Below, one piece after another: positions 55,201 through 64,000 of a DNA stretch of 64,000 bases. The stretch is from Calditrichia bacterium. GTDB lineage: Bacteria > Calditrichota > Calditrichia > JAJRVZ01. A program made the position numbers and the translations under genes. The notes beneath the pieces were generated by a model. That model was not told where the DNA came from. It saw only the letters and a list, made by a program, of their open reading frames with translations, and made no database searches. The DNA lies in NCBI GenBank assembly GCA_963796965.1, contig CAWCNS010000005.1, forward strand, positions 544,001 through 608,000, given 5' to 3'. Positions within the stretch are counted from its first letter, which is position 1; every line of letters starts with the position of its first letter.

Positions 55201-55397
55201 AGGCCCAGTTTCTTATCCCCATGGCCGTATCGGTCGCCTATGGTATGATATTCGGCACTTTTGTACTCTTAATGGTACTTCCGGCTGGCTTTCTGGCCAT
55301 TAATAAGATCAGATTCTGGATTTTAAACCTCTATAAATCTGACATATCCTACGAATCGATTGAACCAGCCATACAGGAGTTGAAGGTGGAGGCGTAG
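52243..55397 (+). CDS. RND efflux permease (AcrB-like); indels near 52725 and 53190
   Basis: YPGASPQEVEE, GILVDDGIVVGENI, RLRPILLTTLTT. Confidence 0.92.
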
Positions 55398-55806
55398 GGT
55401 GAACATATTGAAAAGAGAAGCGTGGGAGCGATGAGCGTGGAGAGAAAAGCGTAGAGCGTAGAGACACGTGACGTGAAAAGAGAAGAGAGAAAAGTGAAGT
55501 AGAGGCTCATGGCTTTGCGCCTGATCGTGGAGTGTAGAGTGTAGTGAGTCGTGAGACATGAGACGTGAGACGATAATTTAAAATTCTCGATTTATGATTG
55601 GCAAATTAGGAATAACAAATCACGAGATTACTGGATTACGGTTAAGTTATTAATGAAATTTTTTCAAAAATAATACAACTTCCCTGATATAAGGGTTATA
55701 GTTTATTCATTAATTATATAATGAAATCGCTGCGGCGTTGCGGCGCTGCGAGAGATAAAAATCAGGCAGAACTATTTATATCGTATATAAAATTTAGGAA
55801 CAACCG

Positions 55807-57145
55807 ATGCTAAAAACGTTTACTTTATTCGTACTATTTCTGAGTATCTCCTTTGGCCAGAGTTTAATGACGGCTGAAGATGCGATTCTGATGGGATTAA
55901 AAAACAATTTTGATATTCAGATCGCGCGTAATCAGGAAAAAATCGCGGAAAATAATGCCGGAAAATCTATTTCAGGATTTTTGCCTACTCTGGATATTAC
56001 CGGCAATTACCAGGATCAAAGATCGGAACAGGAGACCAATTCCCCCTTCAGCTTTGGTAATTCAAGATCAACAAATTTTGCAGGATCAGTTGCCTTGAAC
56101 TGGATGTTGTTTGACGGATTCAGTATGTTCGTTAATCATGATCAATATCTGCAATTGGAAAAATTAGGAGAGTACCAGTCACGTAATATTATCGAGACGA
56201 CAGTGGTGACCATACTTAGCACATACTATAATCTGGTTCAACAGGAACAATTGCTGGACGTCGCCAGGGAGACTCTGGAAATATCAAAAACACGCTTAGA
56301 GCGGGAAAGAGTTCGGCAGGATTTGGGATCTGCATCATCAACCGATTTTTGGAATGCTCAGGTATCTTATAATAATGATCAGGCACAATTGGTGAATCAG
56401 GAGTTGCGCCGACTTATTGCCCAAAAGGATCTGAACACGCTTCTGGCCAGAAATGTGGATACACCGGTAGAGGTAGTAAAACAAATAATCATACCTGACC
56501 TTATTTATTCCTTATAATGAAATACTTTCTTTTGCACAAGAGCAGAATAGCAGGCTTCTGGTGGCCCAACAAAGCAAATCTGTCGCTGAAAATAATGTTG
56601 CCCTCCGCCGCGCTTATTTTTACCCGCGACTCTCTCTGATCGCCAATTATGATTACTCAGATCGAGGTGTTGATAGTGATGACCCCCGATTTACCAACAC
56701 GATTGAAACTCAAAGCCAGGATGGTATAGTTGGGTTCAATCTTTCCTTTAATATTTTTAATGGCATGAAAGATAAAATCGATTTGCAAAATGCCAAATTG
56801 GAAGCAAAAAATCAATCTCTGTCACTTCAGGATCAGGAGAACCGTTTGGCAGCAACCGTAAGAGAGAAACTTGAGACTTTTTATAAACGACTCGAATTGA
56901 TCGGTATTGAAGAGCAGAATGTTCTGGCCGCTCAGCAAAATCTTCAATTAAACAAGGATAGATTTGAAATAGGGGCATCTAGTTTTCTTGAATTTCGTGA
57001 TGCACAGGTTAACCTCACCCGCTCCCAATCTACTTTAATTGTTGCACGGTACCAGGCGCGTATCACCCGTTTGGAACTTGAGCAATTAATGGGAACTGGG
57101 AGATTCCGGAATAACCAGATTCCCAAGGAGTTTATAAAAAAGTAA
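55807..57145 (+). CDS. TolC family outer-membrane channel; indel near 56515
   Basis: Signal peptide, FLPTLD/FYPRLS repeats, LFDG, RFEIGASSFLE. Confidence 0.9.
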
Positions 57146-57328
57146 AAAGGCAAAGGGAAAAAGGTAAAAGAATTCCTAATTACCAGTTCCAAATTACAAA
57201 TTACTAACTCCATATAGACACGCAAATGTAAGTTATTGCTTTTAAAATTGCTCACATTCCATTATATTCTTCCATATTCAGATACTTCTTACCCAACCTG
57301 TATTTAATATATCTGATGGAGAAGTCCC

Positions 57329-58187
57329 ATGGGAAACAAGAAAAAGCATAAAGCGAAAAACGGTTCAGGAATTAATACCAATCAAGACCATATCACGATG
57401 GGGAAGGATAATAATCTTGAAAAAAAAGTTTATGAAGCAGAACTGGTAAAACTGCAGATTGAACTTGTGAAACTACAGGAATGGATTAAACACGAAGGGC
57501 TTAAAGGTTGTTGTTATATTTGAAGGGCGGGATGCTGCTGGAAAAGGCGGCGTTATTAAAAGAATCACCCAATCACTCAATCCCAGAGTATGCCGGGTGG
57601 TGGCTCTTGCACGCCCAACTGAACGAGAAAAAACACAATGGTATTTCCAAAGATATGTAGCCCATCTCCCGGCTACGGGAGAGATGGCTCTTTTTGATCG
57701 TAGCTGGTACAACCGGGCTGGCGTTGAGAGGGTAATGGGTTTTTGCACCGATGAAGAATATCAGGAATTTTTAAGATCCTGCCCATCCTTTGAAAGAATG
57801 ATAATTCGGTCAGGCATTATACTCATAAAATACTGGTTTTCAGTTAGTGATGAGGAACAGGAAAAAAGGTTTCATGCTCGCATTGAAGATCCAACAAAAC
57901 GATGGAAATTAAGTCCTATGGACCTGGAGTCCCGAAGAAAATGGGAGGATTATTCAAAAGCAAAAGATGAAATGTTTGCTTATACGGATATCAAACAAGC
58001 CCCCTGGTATGTGGTAAATGCCGATAATAAGAAAAAAGCGCGTTTAAACTGTATCATCCACTTATTGTCGATGATTCCTTATAAGGATCTCACACCAGCA
58101 CCAATCAAATTGCCCCCCCGTGAAGATATCAAAGGATATATTCGCCCTCCTATATCTGATCAGACTTTTGTACCGGAGAATTACTAA
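57329..58187 (+). CDS. ppk2: Polyphosphate kinase 2; indel near 57505
   Basis: FEGRDAAGKGG, WYFQRY, FDRSWYNRAGVERVMGFC, WKLSPMD. Confidence 0.95.
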
Positions 58188-58688
58188 TCTGAATTTTCCC
58201 TATATAAAAAAGAATAAACACAAAGTACTCTAAGAAGACACTAAGGACACAAAGTTTATAAAATATTAATTTTTGGGTATTTGGTAATTTGTAACTCGTA
58301 ATTAGCACTAGCTCTTGCTCTCAACGCATAACTCTCTTCCATCTACCTTACACCCTCAACACTTAACTCTCTTCTCTTCACTCTCCACTCTCTTCTCTTC
58401 ACGCTCCACGCTCTACGCTTTTCTCTCTACGTTTTACTCTCTTCTCTCTCTTCTCTCTCTTCTCTTTCCATGAATCCCTTAATTCAAATATGAAGTATAT
58501 TTGTAAGTGGGGATCAGAGACATTTTATATTAATTCACTTTTTTGTATATTTGCATTGTAAATGGAATCGAATATGGAACAGAATACACATAGTTCTGTT
58601 TATTTGGTAAGTACGTTGTACCCAGGGAACCGGTATTACCCCCATCTAATCTATCGTTACTTTAAAAGAAATAGCTAAGGAGAGAGTT

Positions 58689-60244
58689 ATGCTTAAGGGA
58701 ATGTTGAAGCCAATTGTCGTCTTTTTCATCATTTGCGGTCTTGGATTGGCAGAAGAGCCTGTCGATTTGCAGGCAATCCAGAAAATCAAAGAAGAAGGAA
58801 TTAAAAATTCAAAAGTAATGGAAACGGTCAGTTATATTGTGATGTTTATGGTCCCAGATTAACCGGTTCACCGGATTTGCGGGAAGCAGCTGATTGGACA
58901 GTAAAACAGTTAAAAGAATGGGGGATTAACCAGGCGACTATTGAGGATTGGGGCTCTTTTGGACGTGGCTGGAAGAACAATAAAGTCTATGCTGAAATGA
59001 CCACACCGCGATATATGCCGCTTATTGCACAGCCAAAAGCCTGGACAAAAAGCACAGACGGTGTCATTTCTGGCTCACCCTATCTTCTTGAGATCGAATC
59101 TGCGGATGAATTGACAGCGATTTCCGACACCTTAACTGGGGCTATAATCATGCTTGGTAAACCCCGGGAGTGGTCACCAAAATTTAAGGACGATGCGCGT
59201 CGCTATACAGATGAAGAGTTGGCTGAAATTGCTGCGGCCCCCGAACCAGGTGCAAAATCTCGCTGGGCAGACTACCGTAAACAATATCGTGAATGCAGGG
59301 CTCTGCGGAAAGAAATTGATAAATTCCTGATCGAACAAAACGTAGGTGTAATTCTTGAGCCAAGCGAACGTGAACATGGTACCGTACGTGCCCATAGAGG
59401 CGGCTCCTATAAATTAAATGAGGATATTGCATTGCCGAATCTGGTTGTCTCAAATGAACAATATGGCCGCATGTATCGCATTTTAAAGAAAGAGCATCCT
59501 CTAACGATGCAAATCGATATACAAAACACCTTTTTTGAGCGGGATACCATTGCCTTCAATGTGATTGCCGAAATCCCAGGGAGTGACAGGAAATTAGAGG
59601 ATGAAGTCGTAATGTTGGGAGCCCATCTGGACTCGTGGCATGCAGGCACCGGGGCAACAGATAATGGTGGAAATTGCGCTATTGTAATGGAGGCTATAAG
59701 AATTCTAAAAGCAATTGGCGTTAAGCCCAGGCGAACGATCCGTATGGCTCTCTGGAGTGGAGAGGAACAAGGGTATCTGGGTTCAAGAGGTTATTTGGCC
59801 AAACATTATGGTGATCGCAAGACAATGGAATTAAAAGATATGCACAAAGATTTCTCTGTATATTTTAATTTGGATAATGGTACAGGAAAGATTCGGGGCA
59901 TTTATTTACAGGAAAATGATGCGGTTCGTCCAATATTTGAAGCCTGGCTCAAGCCTTTCAATGATATGGGCGCTAATGTCGTAACAATTAAGAACACAAC
60001 GGGTACAGATCATATTCCATTTAACGAAATTGGCTTACCCGGATTTCAATTTATCCAGGATCCAATCGATTATATGCCACGTACCCATCATACGAATATG
60101 GATGTTTACGAACATGTTATACCGGGAGATGCCATGCAGGCTTCTGTTATTTTAGCTTCATTTGCCTATCATGCGGCGATGAGGGATGCAAAAATTCCAA
60201 GAAAACCTTTGCCAGAACCAAAGCCTAAAGATCCTTGGGAATAA
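58689..60244 (+). CDS. Secreted M28 family peptidase (carboxypeptidase Q-like); indel near 58840
   Basis: Signal peptide, GAHLDSW, GATDNG, GEEQG, NLDNG, TDH, HHTNMD. Confidence 0.92.
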
Positions 60245-60359
60245 TTGTAAGACGTAAAACGTGAGATGTGAAACACTTAATGTAAAAATAATTGTCAATT
60301 GGTTATTTTCGATTTCCAATTGACAATTATTTTACACTGTACTTATATATCTTTTATCT

Positions 60360-61262
60360 TTACCACAAGGGTGATGAATATTTACCTTTATCTACAAGAT
60401 CTTTGATCTTGCCAATGACAATTTCTTTATCTTCTTTATATGTCACACCAAACCATGATTCATCTGAGGATAAAACTTTTACCTTTGCCTTATTGTCCTG
60501 AATAAGTTCACCAACAACGTTAGGAAGAAAGAATTCTGATTTCATTTCGGATATATGCTGTTGAATAAACTTCATAAAAGAAGCTTCTAAATTATGGAAT
60601 ATTGTTGGTGTAAATCCCATCATATTCATTGAAACGTTGGTATTCTCAGCCACAGGCACCAATCCATCATTATCATCTCTATAGACAATTTGACCATCTT
60701 CCCTGAATATTTGTGTTCTTTCCACCAATCCCTGCAGATTTCTTTCACCATCCATTTCACATATGGCACGTGAGACATGTCCATGATCTGACAGGGTTTT
60801 TGAAACCTGATAACCGATGATACAATAATTTGATTCTTTTGTATCCAGGGATGACAAATAGTCAAAGGCCAGACGATAAGATCCTCCTCCATAAAAATCA
60901 TCGGCATTGATAATTACAAACGGTTCTTCAATTTGGCTGGCGGCCACCATTACCGCATGACCGGTTCCCCATGGTTTTTCTCTTCCATCAGGCACCTCAA
61001 GCCCGTTGGGAATCTGATCCAACTCCTGGTATACATAGTGCAGATCTAAATCAGAACTAAACCTTCCTTCAAAGAAGTTTCTAAAATCATCTTCCATACT
61101 TTTACGAATTACCAGCACAACTTTTCTAAATCCAGCCTGCATGGCGTCGTAAATTGAATAATCGATAATAGCTTCGCCAGAGGGTCCAAATGAATCAACC
61201 TGTTTTAGGCCGCCGTAACGGCTTCCCATACCCGCTGCTAGAATTAATAGACTTGGTACCAT
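60360..61262 (-). CDS. Sugar-phosphate nucleotidyltransferase family protein
   Basis: LAAGMGSRYGGLKQ, KPWGTGHA, INADDFYG, WFGVTY.ED. Confidence 0.9.
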   Translation of the reverse strand: MVPSLLILAAGMGSRYGGLKQVDSFGPSGEAIIDYSIYDAMQAGFRKVVLVIRKSMEDDFRNFFEGRFSSDLDLHYVYQELDQIPNGLEVPDGREKPWGTGHAVMVAASQIEEPFVIINADDFYGGGSYRLAFDYLSSLDTKESNYCIIGYQVSKTLSDHGHVSRAICEMDGERNLQGLVERTQIFREDGQIVYRDDNDGLVPVAENTNVSMNMMGFTPTIFHNLEASFMKFIQQHISEMKSEFFLPNVVGELIQDNKAKVKVLSSDESWFGVTYKEDKEIVIGKIKDLVDKGKYSSPLW

Positions 61263-61332
61263 TTTGTATTTGTTCCTTTGGATTGACTATGATTTGCATG
61301 TTAAGTATTATTTTATTAACTACAATTCTCGC

Positions 61333-61470
<138 letters not shown>

Positions 61471-61478
61471 CTATTTTT

Positions 61479-62520
61479 TCATTTTTCTTTCTGTATAATT
61501 TCCCATTCATCAAAGACGGCTATAACTGTTTCCGGATTAGCGCCAGCCCCAAATTCTAATTGTGTAATGATCCCACCTTTTGGATCATAAAGATGCTTTG
61601 CGACCTTTCTAACTGCATCCCGCCCATCCTGAGGATTTCCTGATGGTAGAATATGTTGTCGATCAATTTCTCCCCAAAAGGTAATTTTTCCCTTTGCCCT
61701 GGTTTCCAGAGACTTCCATATCCATGCAGAAAATCTGTGAATTAATTGCATCTACTCCTACCTCGATCAAATCCTCATAAATGTCTTGAATAAAGCCGTC
61801 TGAATGCATAAATAAAAACTTTCCATGTGCATGAGCAAGTTCACAATAATCTTTATAAAGAGGTTTGAAATACAATCTCCACAGATCCGGGGGAATAAGT
61901 AATTGACTTTGTGCTCCCCAATCGTCCATAATATTCAAACCATCAACATCAGATTTTACCCATAGTTCAAACTCGCGAATATAAAAATCATGAATTTTAT
62001 TCAGAAGATCTTTACCGCCCGAAGCCATCATCATAATATCCAGCATCGCATTTTCGGTTCCACGGATAAATTGGTATCTTTCCCAGGGCCGTGGGCAAAT
62101 ATTCCCAAAAACGAACTTATCGCTTTTCTCATAATATCGACTAATCGTATCATACATTTCCTGAATCTCGAATTTGCCTTCCGGCAACTGATCATAAGGC
62201 GGCTGAACCGTATTCCAATCATTAATATCTCCAATAATTGGCTGATCCACCTCACCGATGATACCATCCTGAATATTTTTAAAATGACATCCCCATTCAT
62301 CTACATAGGTACCAATTTTATAAGCGTCTCCTTTAGCCACAGTGGATGGTTTATAATAATAATCCGGAGCGGAAAAATCTGAAGGATACTTCTGGTTAAT
62401 CTCCTCCAATATTTCCGGATAATAAATTTCTGCCCATGGTAGATGCCATAAATCTCTGGGCATACGAGCAGGGTCTTCAAAGTTCAAACATCGTGTAACG
62501 ATCTCTTTTGCGTTCTGCAC
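61479..62520 (-). CDS. Uroporphyrinogen-decarboxylase-like (MtaA/CmuA family) methyltransferase; indel near 61710
   Basis: DEWG, RGTEN...D, DDWG.Q...I.P..WR..FKP.Y, FMHSDG, FWGEIDRQ. Confidence 0.85.
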
Positions 62521-62587
62521 TCTGCAATCTCCATAATATTGGGAATAATCACAGTGATGAAAATCACCGTAAGGTTGGTTTATTTAT

Positions 62588-63308
62588 CTATCTCACCGGA
62601 ATTCTTTGACCATTTTTACCTCGACGCATGAAACAATTTTCCTGTGTACAAAAAGCACATGTATATGGGAGTCTTTCTACGGATTTTCCGGCACCAATAA
62701 CACCACTCACTGATTTTATCGGCGTCATCAAAGCTGAAGGATGCAATGTGATGCCAAGAAATTGTTCAGGAAGTAGACTAAATAGTTTATGTTGCTCGTA
62801 AACATCCCAACCACAGTAACCTGGACTGTACCTGTTAGTACTATTTAATCCCTGTTTTGATAATTGTGTTTCAATTTTACCACTGATCCAATCAATTGCC
62901 TGCTCAACCTTAAGCGAGCCAATCACATCAGCCACATATCCTGAAAATGGGTCACCCCCACTAAAAAAACTGCGTGACCAATCATCAAATTTCGGGCCTA
63001 ATGTGGCAGCAAATATTATCAGGGTTGAGCTACCTTGTAATTGCTGAGCAACGATTGCATCGCTTTCAAACTTTACGTTGTCACAAGTTAGTGTATCTTT
63101 ATTAATCCTGACAATGGTATTCTCAAATATCCGGTATCCTCCCCGGATATCCATGTGTTCTTTTGCATCCTTTAGAATACCCCGAACCATAAGACTTATA
63201 TCCTGTTCAGGTGAGATCGTCTCGAATCTTAATATTTTAAGAAGATCTTCTTCGCATTCCGGCAATAAATTTTCATCTATTTCGTATTCAAAAAGCTGAT
63301 CTCGTCAT
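62588..63308 (-). CDS. Stand-alone B12-dependent methionine synthase activation-domain protein; indel near the start
   Basis: ATLG, TNRYSPGYCGW..EQ, MTPIKSVSG, C..C....C tail. Confidence 0.85.
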
Positions 63309-63318
63309 ATGATTCTGA

Positions 63319-63975
63319 TTACACTAAGCTTTTTGCAAAACTATGCGGATCTGGAAAATATCCATCAGCACCAATTTTTTCGCTGAATTTTGTAGAAAGC
63401 GGCGCTCCACCAACAAATACCCGTGTACCGGGTACAGCCTCCTTCAGGGCTTTAACTGACGCCTCCATATTCACCATCGTTGTTGTTAATAAGGCACTCA
63501 TACCAACCAAGGCTCCAGGATTTTCTTTCAAAGCTGCAAGAAATTTATCTGCTGTTACATCGACGCCCAAATCTATTACTTTCCAACCATCACCTTCCAA
63601 AACCATACGAACAATATTTTTACCAATATCATGCAAATCACCAGCAACAGTACCGATTATGACCGTACCTTTGTGTTTGGCTTCTCCGCTATCGAAATAT
63701 GGTTTCAAATGTACCATGGCTGCATTCATTGCTTTTGCTGCAATCAAGAGTTCAGGTATAAAGGCCTCTCCTTTACCAAAGCGATCCCCGATCACATTCA
63801 TCCCGACCATTAATCCCTTTTTTAAAATATCATTAGCAGATACACCTTTTTCCAAAAGTTGTTGGGTTATTTCAGAGGCTCCATCTTGTCCCTGCATATC
63901 CGGTGGATAAGGTAAATCCTTTTCTGCTTTACCCCGCTCAACACAAATAGCTAATTGTTCTAATAATGAATCCAT
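63319..63975 (-). CDS. Corrinoid (B12-binding) protein of a methyltransferase system
   Basis: Cap domain FIPELL; GDLHDIGKN, DLGVDV, SALLTTTM, VGGAP. Confidence 0.93.
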   Translation of the reverse strand: MDSLLEQLAICVERGKAEKDLPYPPDMQGQDGASEITQQLLEKGVSANDILKKGLMVGMNVIGDRFGKGEAFIPELLIAAKAMNAAMVHLKPYFDSGEAKHKGTVIIGTVAGDLHDIGKNIVRMVLEGDGWKVIDLGVDVTADKFLAALKENPGALVGMSALLTTTMVNMEASVKALKEAVPGTRVFVGGAPLSTKFSEKIGADGYFPDPHSFAKSLV

Positions 63976-64000
63976 CCTTGCATCCTTTCTAATTATAACC

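Noticed and set aside
13952..58625. Shared 16-mer AGTA(A/C)GTTGTACCCAG upstream of the AGCS symporter and the M28 peptidase
   Set aside because: There are only two copies, at different distances from the starts, and the motif is not palindromic. A 15/16 match is plausible by chance.

Overview
AT-rich bacterial chromosomal segment. It probably comes from an FCB-superphylum/Calditrichota-like organism, inferred from secreted proteins ending in LxQNYPNPFNP-type sorting tails. About 20 genes, including normally conserved ones, are broken by single-base indels, so the assembly looks like unpolished long-read data rather than real decay. Housekeeping and nutrient genes include relA/spoT, dnaB, UDG, aceE, argR, mdh, ppk2, peptidases, transporters, an RND pump, secreted cell-wall hydrolases and a corrinoid methyltransferase cluster. 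The centre (26.5-41.8 kb) is a sulfur/polysulfide locus: FadL-like porin, psr/phsABC, two YeeE proteins, a rhodanese lacking its catalytic Cys but ending in Cys, type III SQR, DUF1641, TusE-like and DsrE-like genes. Three paralogous MerR regulators with a 9-Cys pattern lie in this locus, and a shared 22-bp palindrome (ATCTAYAW-N6-WTRTAGAT) sits in three promoter regions. Inside the locus is a REP-associated tyrosine transposase flanked on both sides by tandem ~136-bp REP-containing arrays; these are not CRISPR. Related REPs form ~50-bp inverted repeats around a distant APC permease gene. Many intergenic regions carry ORF-less inverted-repeat elements built from 7-9-nt tandem units.
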